Assembly (NCBI RefSeq): GCF_902459465.1
Contig: NW_022985694.1
Location: 310,001-373,852, forward strand
DNA length: 63,852 nt
Direction of reading: 5' to 3'
Origin: Asterias rubens
Lineage: Eukaryota
Positions 37,201-50,100 of the stretch are shown here, piece after piece (the first letter of the stretch is position 1; the number at the start of each line of letters is the position of its first letter). The position numbers and the translations under genes are program-made. The notes beneath the pieces are model-generated. The model ran no database searches, was not told the origin of the DNA, and was given only the letters and a program-made list of their open reading frames with translations.

Positions 37201-40200
37201 AAAGTATTTATTTTTTCATATACAGGGGACAGCTTGGCCTGTCATTGAGGGTAATGACAACAGACTTGAGGACTGCACTTCATTTGACGTGATCATTGAT
37301 GGGTTGGCTGTCAGCAGCTCCACTTGTCTCCTGACATCGGTGAAAGTGTATTTAGCCAGCTTTTATGTTTTCAATTTGGCTTATCCCACATGCCTCAGGA
37401 AAACTTTGTCTTTTTTCCAGAAAATTGTCCTGAACATCCAAGACAATATTCCTCTCGACCGCAGTGTTATATCTTGCCTTGACAAACTGAATAGGTACAT
37501 TTGACTGTGACCATTTTTCTTGGTTAAAGCAATGTGTTACTAACATAAACCAAGTAACTGCATTTGTCTCAGTAGTTCCTCTTGATCAAAGCATTGTGTC
37601 TTACTAGATAAACAAGTTACATGTACATATACTGCATTTGACTCAGTATGTTCCCCTCGATCAGATCATTGTGTGTTTATACTAAAGTAAACCAAGTTAA
37701 GCTGCATTTGACTCATCAGTATTTTTCCTCTTGATAAACGCATTATGTCTTACTATGAACAAGTTTTACTGCATTTGACTTAGTATGTTCCTCTCAAAGT
37801 ATTGTGTCTTACTAAAATAAACCAAGTTAAACTGCATTTCACTTAATTAGCATGTTCCTCTTGATCAAAGCATTATGTCTTGTTAAGATAAACTGAATAT
37901 TCTTCTTAAAGGTACATTACAGGATTGATAAGGATCACTCAAATACTTTAATTGTTGAATTTCTGTTTGAAAGCTTAATGGTTATGAAGTTAGTACTAGG
38001 ACTGTGAAATGTTTCCCCCTGAAATAAGGGCATATTCGAAAAAACTACCTGATAATCTAAAAACAAACAACATCTGATTTTGTTTGTTAACAACCCAAAT
38101 TGACCATATGTGTACAAAATAACCATTGTTCATTGATTTCTCTATAACATTAATAACGATTTTGATACAAATCACAAGTTTGTTTTAAGATGTAATTGAA
38201 TTGAATGCATCCAACCAAAAGCCAATCCTGTATCGTACCTTTACCCTAAGAATTAAATCTTACTTGTGACAATTCACTTCAAATAGTTTTGACAGGGTGC
38301 CTTTGGAATAGTGAATGGGCCTCTGGCAAAATATTGACTTGACAGTTGTTGTATTATTCCAGTGTTCGTTGGAAGTTTTCTTCTTAAATAGGGAGGGGGG
38401 GTAACCTGAAACATAGGAAAGTAAATAGTTTTCCTTGAATATTGTTGTGAACAGAGGCATTATATCCATGTTTTTACAACACGTGTGATTCAGGATGTCA
38501 TTATCTCTTATAGCCATTTGATAATCTCAGTTTGAACATCATAATTCTTACATCATTGGGCATCATTTGTGTTAAGAAAAAAATGCATTTTGAATAGACT
38601 GAAATGTTTGCATAAAAGATGTAGGGATGTAAATTTAAATTAGTGTCAATGGAGCTTTTTCTCAAAAAGTAGCAGTTGTACCTGGCAACGGTGACCCCCA
38701 GTTAAAAACAATGATGTTCTTGATTATAACAACCCCAGATCTGCCAAATGTAACGTCATTTGGACAAAAATATAATGACAAATATGGAGAAAATATATAC
38801 AGTCATAAACATTGGGCAAAAACCCTCTGTTGGTACTTTTTTTTTTAAATGTCATCTTGTATATTTGAAGGAATTTTTAGCAGATAAATAAAATTGAAGG
38901 GAAACTGTAGGGGTTCAAGAACCCTCTTTTGAGAAAGTAAAGGGTAAATGAGTGTGCTAATTTTAAACAAGCAATTTTATCACATTATTTATTTATAAAT
39001 TGTGTGGAGTTCAATGAACTTTGAGTCACCATTGTATTAGTTATGCCTTGTTGAGATTAAATTTGAATTAAAGAATTTTCAGAATGTATAAAGTTGTCGA
39101 AGTATACTTTCTAGTAAGATTTTAATTTATAATCCATCTTAAATTCTAAATGGTTTCTTTCATGGAAAACAGTTTAGAAAATGATTTTGTTTTTGGATGA
39201 ACAATTTTCCATTTTTTGTTTGATGATGCAACAATACACAATGTCCAGGTACATCAAAAGAACGTGGGAAGACATTCCTGACTGATGCCAACTAGTCAAG
39301 ATTTAAATTGTTGCTTTGACTAATGCCATTAGTCAAATCAACGAACGACCTAAAGTGAAGTACTGGACCAAGATTAAAAGTCGCTGGACTAATCTAAAAA
39401 GTCGCTGGACTAAGCCAAAATGTTGATGGACTAAACATTAGTCGTATGAGACATCTTTTTAGTCAAGTCACTGGACTAATGTAAACTAGTCACATTTCTG
39501 ACTAAATCCTTAGTCATGCTCAGACTTTTGACTACTTAAAATTAGTCGTGTCAGACATGACGCTGGACTATTTTTTTTTAGTCAAATTGACTAATTAATT
39601 TGTAGAGTGTAATGGCATACCTCTTCTTCATCGAACAGCCATGGATAAACTTCTTGGATCTCCTTAATGGTTGCTTTGCCTCCAGTAATGAGTTGTCGAC
39701 GATCCGCTAATGTTGCACACATTGCCAACTGGACACGCTCATGGTTGGGTTTCTTTTTTTTTGTTTCTTGCTTCATCCATGTTATGTGGGCATTGATCGA
39801 GGCGTCATCTTCTGAACTTGGGCGTAACGGCTTGTAGTTAGTCACGCCCCACTGTGGAGGAGACTGCTTCTTGGATATGGTTGAGTAGTTGTCTGATGTT
39901 GACTTCCTCTTGTGCAGCAGGACTGATGGTATGTTTTGGTCATCACGCTTGCGGGAATTGGCAAATTTATACTGCAACCTGTATTTCCAGAGACTCTGAA
40001 ATCCATTTTATACACAACAGTATTATATAAATTAATACTAAAAAAATAGTGAAAATTTGTATTCATTATCCCCTATGCAAAATTACTTAAATTTAAAAAT
40101 TTTTACTTTACCGTTTGTCACAAACAAAAATCTAACTTATCAACTTATACTTACTTGGGCATTGTCTAAAGTCATGTTAGGCTGACGGGCCAAATGAGGC

Positions 40201-41100
40201 ATTTTCTCCAAAAGAAGATGTGTTATCTTGTTGTACTGCTCAGACGTAGGATAGCTGGTTGAGAGAAAAAATTACAAGATGAAAGTAAAAGTCCAGGCCA
40301 CTAGCCCATTTTCCACCATACATGGGATGAAAAGCAACAGAATTTGTTTAACCAGTTTATTTGTGTGATATCTATATTAGTCATGTATCAATATTATATG
40401 TTAATACCTATCGAACCGACACAGTATTTAGTCCAGAGCATTTTGCTATTTCTATGAACACTGGTCTTCTCATGATTGAGATGAGGAGGGAGCATTTGAT
40501 CTCCCTTCACCCTCAATGTTAAGAATACTATAGAATAGCTTTTTTTTGCACACAATGAGATGATGCTCTTGAGGTATAATCTAAATGCACTTTGGTAAAA
40601 CATTTTTTTGTTTTTTTCGGGGGGTGGGGTGGTCACCTGACACCACAATGTACCAAATCCCAGTATAGCCAAACTACACTTTGTAGGTGTATGTGCTGCA
40701 TTATTGTAGGTGTTGAATCATTTAAATTTCCTGACTGATTCCTCTGCAAAGTTGAGAAAGTACTCAAATGATTTAACAAAACATTAAGCATGATCAACCT
40801 TATACTTTGAACTCAAGTTCTGATGGCCGGCCGAGTCACCAGAGTGTGGGTTCGAGTCCTGGTTATGACACTTGTGTCCTTGAGCAAGACACTTAACTTT
40901 AATTGCTTCAACCAGGAGTAAATGGGTACAGAGATCGTTGATGTGAATGATAAGTACGTGTGCGCCGAAATGGCTGTCGTAGTGGGGCTGCATACTAAAG
41001 GAGTTGAGATGGTTTCAGGAATGCTTAAGGCCCCATGAAGAGGGGGTAGTAATGTTGTAGGCACTTTGATACAATGCTTAAAAGTGCCTACATAAATGCC

Positions 41101-41140
<40 letters not shown>

Positions 41141-44100
41141 CTTACTATGTGTGCTTTGTTATGCTACTGTAAATAGCATCTAACATAGCTGACCTCTCCC
41201 CTTCCTTCAGCACTTGGCCCGTTTCCAGCTTTTGACATATGGCAGGAGGAAAATCTGGTAGGTTGTACCCCTTCAACCAGTTGCTAGATAGTATCCGTGT
41301 AGTTGATGCAGTCTGAATGAAAGTTGCACATGCAACATCAGAGGCTTCTTCAGGGCTATCAAAAGTAGTGCGAACAAAGGAATAAAAATACATTGTGATA
41401 TTTTTTAACAGAAAGTTTACTTTTTTAATGTCAGTCTCAATGTGTTTGTAGTGTTTTGTTATCAGTCCGGAGACAATTAAGGAAGGCCTGACACCTTGTT
41501 TTTGGGTTGCTCACTGATACGTTACTCTGCTGACAGATTTATTCACCATCCGAAGAAAACCTATTACAAACATAGATCCATAAATCTAATTAATTATCAT
41601 GCATGTAACGACTAATATTTAAGATTACTTTTCCACAAGTAGCCTTCCACCTCAGTTACACTAAACAAGTCTACATAACACTTAATTATAGGCCGGATAC
41701 ATATCCATACAACGTGAACTTCAGATCATGTGCTGTATATTGATCAACCATTGTTACCCAGTTTCACCCAAATTAACCCTCTAAATTTCTACTCACCAAC
41801 CGATCCGTTCCTCTATTTATTGGCAATCAAACTGGCTCCATGAGCGGGTCTCTCCAACTTCTTCCTCCACCCCGAATGTTGGATTTTACCCTCTCATCAT
41901 TGTCATACGTGACACTCATTTAGAGACCAACAACGAAAAAGGACGCAACAAATAGACCCCTCCGCCTAAACCGGCTAAAATTACTATGCTACACACTGAT
42001 TAATTACCAAACTCACCTATAATGAGCTGAATATTGAAAATAGCATAGTGAATATTTGTAATAATGTGACCAATTACATTACATACAAGAATAAAGACGA
42101 GATTGAGACCCAAATTCTTTCTCAGATAAAATAATCCAAAAAGTTATGCCTTTTTACATCCTTGACATTTGTATCCGTGCGACTACCGTTTAAGTACAAT
42201 GGCGCCCTCTATCGTTTACCAAAGTCATTCAACAAACTTTTTATCACCGTAATTAACGAAATGCCCATGGGTATCATAAAATATTGATTCATCACATTCT
42301 CCCCTACTAGTTCGATCAACTCCTGAGGATCGATTGAATGATTCAGCATCACATGAGGATAAAAATGTTCCCCTTAATCTTACAAATAAGCGAATCATAC
42401 TAATCACCAAAATACATTATGTATACCATCTTTCTCGCACCAACCCATATTTGCTTTATAGAACAGAGAAAACATTTGAACAAAAGTTACATGTATTTAA
42501 CCAAACTTTTTGTTTTTCTTTAAACCTACAAGAAAACACAATTAGCATATTATCATCTGACATTAATTATGCCCATATGCGAGATTCAAAGTACTTTGTT
42601 ATCTGACGAAGCGTTTTCTCATACAGTGCCCTTCCCGAAGTGTTCAGGTGGACCCCATCAAGGTTATACCGAGAGTTCTTTAACCCTCTGTGCTCCCACA
42701 ACCACCATTGGTCTTCCACAAAGGTCGACTGCTGAATAAGATCATTAAATCTCTCTGCTCGATCATTAAATTCTTCGAGTGAGACCTGACCACCCCGTAA
42801 ACCTCCTGTCCTAGGGAGTACTGGCAGAAACACTATTACCTCTGGGTTAATACCCCTCTTGGGTAACTCATACACAAAGTCACAGAGTGAAGAATGCACT
42901 TGGTTTGGATTAACATTTTTAGAACACAAATCATTTGTACCCAAGTCAATAATTAAAACTAAAGGATTTGCCTGCCGTAAATATTCATAATACTTCCTCG
43001 GCCTTGCCCGAATCCTACTTAAAGTGAGACCGCCCTCACCAATACATGTAACAGGAACTACCTTACTCTGTAACTCAATTTTAAACTGAGAACCTCGCTT
43101 CCTTTTCAAGCGTTTAACAAAACTGTGCCCAAAAAGGACAAAACTCATTTTCCGTTTAAGAACACAATACTACAAAAGGGGGAGGAAGCCCTATCAACCC
43201 ACTCCTTTACCACTTAATCAATTACAAATTTACACAATTTCCTAACACCATGTCAGTCCACTGGTAGCCAGAATACCCAGTGGTGCCCTACAGTAAGGTG
43301 TGCCATTGCGGAAACTGGATGCCCCAAGTCTTTCCAGCAAGACAACTCCCTGACCTTCTGCAATCACTGAGAACCCCCGCCACCAGAGTAAAGACAAATC
43401 ACTTAATAGCTGAACAGGGCAATCTGAATGGATTGCTGTGTTTACCCCTTGTAGTTCGTTGAGAACTTCTTAGGTGCTCAGATGCAGGGCAATGTAAACT
43501 TGGGGGCTCCCCTACTTCTACATTGCTCACGCCCTGTAAATCTTGAACCAGAGACTGATCCCCTGAAGGCTCAGTGTGTAGGACCTCCCAATCTGAATCT
43601 CCATCAGACTCATCACTCTCATTTTCTGTGTCACTTTCTGCAAAGGGATCTAACCGCAAGAGTTTTCTATTAACTACTCTTTCTGGGCCCCCCTTCAAGG
43701 GACGGATACGAAATACATCGCTATGCTCATTTATCCAAACGACCACATATGGGTCTCTTTCAAACTTGTCAGCCAGTTTGTGGCGTCCCTTGAATGCGCA
43801 TTTTCTGAGTAGAACATGGGACCCAATCTCAATAGGTTTGCTAGGTTTTACTTTCCTATCATAAGTAGCCTTGTTGCGATTGCAGCTTTTTGCTACTCGT
43901 TCCTTTACTAACTCACTAGCTCTAGAGAGCAAAGAAGATTGTTCTCTGACAAAATCTTGATCCCAATCGTTATCAGTTCTCCCCAACATCTGGTCTAGAG
44001 GTATCAATGGTTCCCTACCAAACATAAGCAAATACGGCGCTACTCCAGTGGTGCAATGCGGAGTAGCATTATACACAAATACAAGGTGCTGTAAAAGGTC

Positions 44101-47100
44101 AGGCCACCTCCGCCTATCCCGCTCATCCATGGACTTAATGAGTCCAAACAGAGTCCGGTTAAAGCGCTCTGTTTGAGCGTTCCCCTCGGGGTGGTAAGGA
44201 GTTGTTCTGGTCTTTTTCATGCCGTACAATGCACACAATTCCCTCACAACTTCCCCTTCAAAATTCCGACCCTGGTCGCTGTGCAAACGACAAGGTATTC
44301 CATATTTGGAAAACCACTGATTCCTCAAGACTTTGGCAACAGTTACTGCATGTTGATCCTTACACGGATATGCCTGTACAAATTTTGTATAGATGTCGGT
44401 CATGACCAGAACATCCTCATAGCCTCCTGCCCCTCGATCAATTTTGACAAAATCTATGGCTAGCACTTCGAGTGGTCGAAATGCTAAAAGGTGCCGCATT
44501 GGCACTTTTGCTTGAGGCTCTGACGCCTTAGAGATTACACATTGTTCACAATGACCGATATGCCGACGCACTGAACCAGCCATTTTGGGCCAAAACACCC
44601 GCCGCCTCAGGAGGGCACACGTTCTCACAACACCTTGATGCCCCCACCCATCATGACAACCCTCTAACACCCTCTGTTGTAAACTTGTGGGCATCAGTAC
44701 TTGATCTAGTTCACCATGCAATGGGTCCATGACACGACGATGTAAAACACCATCCTTTTCTATGAACCTGGGCCACTGCCACAACCACGATTTGATTTCT
44801 ACTGGCTCCTCCCTTTCAGCCTGAAAAACTTCATTCGGTTTCCAACCTTGATCCCAACGTTCCCAGATACACTTCAGCACTGGATCAGCCCTTTGTAGGG
44901 CAGACAGCTGCTCTGGTGTCCACGATGGGAAAATACCTGATTGACACTTAACCTGTGGAGGTCCAGCCTTTGTATCATGAGAAGTTAATACCTTATGTAC
45001 CTCTATATGTTGCAATGGAACCACTGTGGAGTGGACCTTACATTGCAGTATTTCCTCAACTTCCCCTGTTAGTGAGTGACTTGGGTTGCGACTTAGTGCA
45101 TCCGCTACACGATTACTAGCCCCTGATCTAAATTTCACATCAAAGGTAAAAGCTGCAAGTTGTGCTATCCAGCGCATTTCACATGCGCCCAACTTAGCTG
45201 TCTGTAGATAAGATAAGGGGTTATTATCTGTTAGCACTGTAAATGGTACCCCAAGGAGATAATCTCTAAATTTATCAACCACAGCCCATTTTAGGGACAA
45301 AAGCTCCAACTTAAAAGAACTAAAATCGGGGTACCTAGCTTCAGCCCCCCTCAGCCCCCGACTAGCAAATGCAACTGGATGTCTCTTGCCTTCCTTGTCG
45401 CACTGAGCTAAACAAGCTCCTAAACCCTGCAAGGAGGCATCTATCTCCAACACAAATGGCCTAGAAAAATCTGGATATGCAAGCACTGGTGCTTGCGTCA
45501 AGGTCTGCTTTAATGTATCAAAGGCCACCTGTGCCTCAGAACTCCAACAAAATGGCGAAGGTTTGGATCTCGAATTTCCCTTAGCCAGTGAGGGCACTAA
45601 AGCATGCAAGGGTGCGGCAATTTTTGAAAAGCCGGGTACAAAGCGCCGGTAATAACCGGCCAGACCAAGAAATGACCGCAATTGTGCCCCTGTCTTAGGT
45701 ATTGGCCAATCCTCAATTCTCTTAATCTTGTCATTGTCTACTGCAACACCCTCTGGCCCTACCACATGTCCTAAGTAAGACACATGCCTACGAAATAACT
45801 TGCACTTTGCACCCTTGATCTTAAGTCCAAAATCTGCCAATCTAGTGAAGACTCTGTCAAGCCTATCTATGTGTTCCTGTACCGTAGAGGAATATACCAG
45901 GATGTCATCTAAATAGATTAAAAGCTCTGATAAATTCAAGTCACCAAGGCACATCTCCATCACTCTCTGAAAGGTTCCAGGGGCATTTACCAGCCCGAAC
46001 GGCATTCTCGTATATTCGAACAGCCCAAAAGGTACTCTGAATGCAGTTTTACTTATTGATTCTGAGTCCATTACAACCTGATGGTATCCATGGGCTAAAT
46101 CTAATGAAGAAAAGTACCTTGCACCCTGGAGCGCCTCCAGCGACTCCTCGATACGAGGCAATGGAAATGAGTCTCGTACTGTTTTGGCATTAAGCCTCCT
46201 ATAATCAACACAAATCCTTAGCGACCCATCCTTCTTTTGGACCAATACAATGGGGCTGGCATAGGGGCTTTTACTCTTTTGTATGATACCTTGATCAAGA
46301 AACTTCTGGAGTAATTCCCTAACTTCTCTAAAATGTTGCGGCGGAATTCGTCTGTAAGGCTGGCTAATTGATTTATCATCAGTAGTGTCAATCTTGTGGG
46401 GAACCTTATCACAAAGTCCTAAATCCAACGAATTCTGCGAGAACACCTTATCATGTTTCTGAATTAATTGCACAATTTTGTCCTGGTCTTCCTTACACAA
46501 ATCAGCGCATAAATCAAGACTTAATCCATAAGGAAGTTGGTACTCTGACCCATCCTCAAACACATACAACTCTCTTGCCCGTGACTCTACAGCATCCCCC
46601 ATCTCAATGTCTAACTCATTGGAATCGACACCAGGGGCTCCCTCAGTACGACCAGTGTCTAAATATTCCCCAGACTCTGACAGACAATGATTCACTACAA
46701 CATGAACACAATCCACACCCGTCTCAAGTGCAACATTTGTCTTTGAAGATACCTCAGTCACGTAAGCAAGCTTTGTGTGTGGGGACAATTCAATCACCCG
46801 CATCCCTACATTCGCTACCAACACATTTACAGTTCTACCACTAACTACTGTACACAGATCGTAAACGCGGCAATTTCCATCTATGTTACTGGTTTGACCT
46901 CCACTATCTGCACAGCTAGATAGACCCTCAACAAGGACAGTTTGCCCGTCAAGGCTACTTTGATTAGCCTGAACATAGCAGGTTATACTACGCACTTCCC
47001 TAGGCAACAAATGTACTGGATTTCTACCTGTACGAGCACCCAGTGGGTCCCGTACACACTTATTTGCCCCATGTGACCCCTCAACTACTGGGTTTTTAGT

Positions 47101-50100
47101 CAGACTATACCAATTAATGGCCATTGCCCATGCATCTGCATCTTTTTGTTCTAAATCAACCTCTATATCCTTCAGCTTATGAAGGACATTGCAACCCAAC
47201 AATACTGGAAAACTTGTATGATTCCCTGCCTCACCCTTAGGAAATTCTTTGACCACCAAAAAATGTGCATCAATAGTCTGGTTATGTACCATCAGTGGGG
47301 CATGTATGTACCCCTCAATTGGTACCTCACTATTCCCTGCCCCAAACACACGCAGGTAAGTACCTAGAGTTTTGACTCCACTCAATTTCCCTGCAAGGTG
47401 ATCCCTATAAAAAGAGGCGCTAATCAGAGAAGTCTCTGCCCCGGTATCGAGGATACATTCCACTGGCACTCCAGCCAAAGCAATATGAGCCTTGGGGCTC
47501 TCTTTTACTAGACTGGTTAGTATGTCTTCATAAGACTTCTCTGTTACACTTCCAACTGGTGAGGCCTTTCCAGATTGTTCCTCTGTCACTCGGCCTACAG
47601 TGGCAGAGAAGTCTGGTTTCCCGACCCTGTGTTTTGTGCATCTCCCATAGCCTGCCCTTGCCCCCCATTCGCTTTTTCGTGAGCCATACGAAGTTTACAC
47701 TCATGCTTCATGTGACCTGGGCGTTTACAATAAAAACAGCGAATCGGGGGCCTGTCCTGCCGCCTTCCTGAGCCTTCATACATGCCCTGGCTAGTTACCG
47801 TCCCACTTTGTTTCACCACTGCTTGCATAAGCGTAGTTATCTGTTCCTGCTGTTTGCAAAGAGTTTCTTGCTGTGCTTGCATACATTTAAGAATCTCTTG
47901 TTGCTGTTGCAACACTGTTTGCAACTGTGTGTCCCCTTGGGACTTGTTAACTACTTGGTTAATGCTAACATTAGCATCAGCCACTGGCTCGTCACTATTC
48001 AGATCATTTTCTGTACCTAGGTGATGCAAGTGCACACTTGCACCACGTCGAGAACCCCGAGGGTACTCCTCTAGATCTCTGAACAACTCGCGAGCTGAAT
48101 CCCTCATTTCGGTAAAATCCTGATCCGGTTCAGCCAACTCTAAGCGCCTCAGCTCAAGCCTGACACCTTGATTCCTTGCGCCCGCCACAAACTGCCCAAT
48201 CAAAACCCTATCTCTCAAACCCTTCAATGCATCTTTCTCTGTTTCTGTAGCAACCTCTAAAATCCGATCATGCATTCGCATGAGCGAGCGGGAAAAATCC
48301 ATAAGGGATTCGTCTTCCCTTTGCCGTCTTTCAAAAAGGGCCTTCTGAAGGGCCTGTACTGACTCCTCTGCCCCAAACTGACGCCGAAGGAGTTTTTTTA
48401 GCGCTGCATAGTCACCCGTTACATTCTCATTGTGGCATTTGATCTCATCGCGAGCAACACCCGCGAGGTGGTGGACAACCACTTTAGCCCTATCTACCTC
48501 AGGGATACGACATTGTTGCAGATAAACCTCTGCATCTTCAAGCCATTCAATAATGGTCGGATCTCCCGGTTTACTAGGCCTACCATAGTATTTACCCAAC
48601 TTCAAGGGCCTCTGAATGACATTCTTCGGTTTATCTTGCCGAAGTGCCTCGGTCAGCCCTGCGACCAAGCGCGTCACAAGATCAGCCTCTGGTACGGCCA
48701 TTGTGAGTCAAGAAATTATGATTCAGTTATTGAAGGCTAACCAATTTGTACAATCAAAATTAAGTCATAAACACCTAAACCCAGGTAAATTTGCTTCAAC
48801 AGGACCGGTTGGTTTTCACTAGGAATAAAACTAACACCTATACATTATCAGGTAAAATTTACTGACTAACAAACTATATATAGGCCTATCTAAATCCTAC
48901 CAACAATGTGCGAATTGAATCGCATAATCCCACCTCACTGCTGATCAACCAGTTCAGTCCAGTTCAGTTCAGAGTCATTAGATTTCACATGTACATGCAC
49001 ATGTAAAGGTTGAGTTCGTAGCTCCAAAAGGGTCCAACAGCACTACCGCCACCGGGCTTCTCCACTTGCACTGCCACAGGCTATTCCAGTCGCTGTCCTC
49101 CACTTGGATCCTCACTCCCTCTTCAGAACTCGGCCAATGCCCTCAATGTACTGGACGACAACCAGCAAAGCAGCAGATTAAAGCAACCCCATCCGTGTTA
49201 CCAAATTTGTAGTGTTTTGTTATCAGTCCGGAGACAATTAAGGAAGGCCTGACACCTTGTTTTTGGGTTGCTCACTGATACGTTACTCTGCTGACAGATT
49301 TATTCACCATCCGAAGAAAACCTATTACAAACATAGATCCATAAATCTAATTAATTATCATGCATGTAACGACTAATATTTAAGATTACTTTTCCACAAG
49401 TAGCCTTCCACCTCAGTTACACTAAACAAGTCTACATAACACTTAATTATAGGCCGGATACATATCCATACAACGTGAACTTCAGATCATGTGCTGTATA
49501 TTGATCAACCATTGTTACCCAGTTTCACCCAAATTAACCCTCTAAATTTCTACTCACCAACCGATCCGTTCCTCTATTTATTGGCAATCAAACTGGCTCC
49601 ATGAGCGGGTCTCTCCAACTTCTTCCTCCACCCCGAATGTTGGATTTTACCCTCTCATCATTGTCATACGTGACACTCATTTAGAGACCAACAACGAAAA
49701 AGGACGCAACAAATAGACCCCTCCGCCTAAACCGGCTAAAATTACTACGCTACACACTGATTAATTACCAAACTCACCTATAATGAGCTGATTATTGAAA
49801 ATAGCATAGTGAATATTTGTAATAATGTGTACAATTACATTACATACAAGAATAAAGACGAGATTGAGACCCAAATTCTTTCTCAGATAAAATAATCCAA
49901 AAAGTTATGCCTTTTTACATCCTTGACATTTGTATCCGTGCGACTACCGTTTAAGTACAATGGCGCCCTCTATCGTTTACCAAAGTCATTCAACAAACTT
50001 TTTATCACCGTAATTAACGAAATGCCCATGGGTATCATAAAATATTGATTCATCACATGTTTATTAAACTGCTTTATGGGGGGGAATGAGCATATAAGAA

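Larger units (their letters stand above)
31121..39609 (+). mobile_element. Internally deleted copy (8,489 bp) of the same EnSpm element, inserted in opposite orientation
   Basis: CACTGTAAAAAA...TGTAGAGTG termini with TA at 31119-20 and 39610-11. 31121-35872 is the reverse complement of 53707-58461; 35871-39609 is the reverse complement of 26156-29885. CA microhomology at the deletion junction. Confidence 0.93.
41447..50057 (-). mobile_element. Full-length Ty3/Gypsy LTR retrotransposon (8,611 bp)
   Basis: Two 850-bp TG...CA LTRs, TGTT TSD (41443-46 and 50058-61), PBS, PPT, gag, pol in PR-RT-RH-IN order, and an extra ORF3. Confidence 0.97.
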
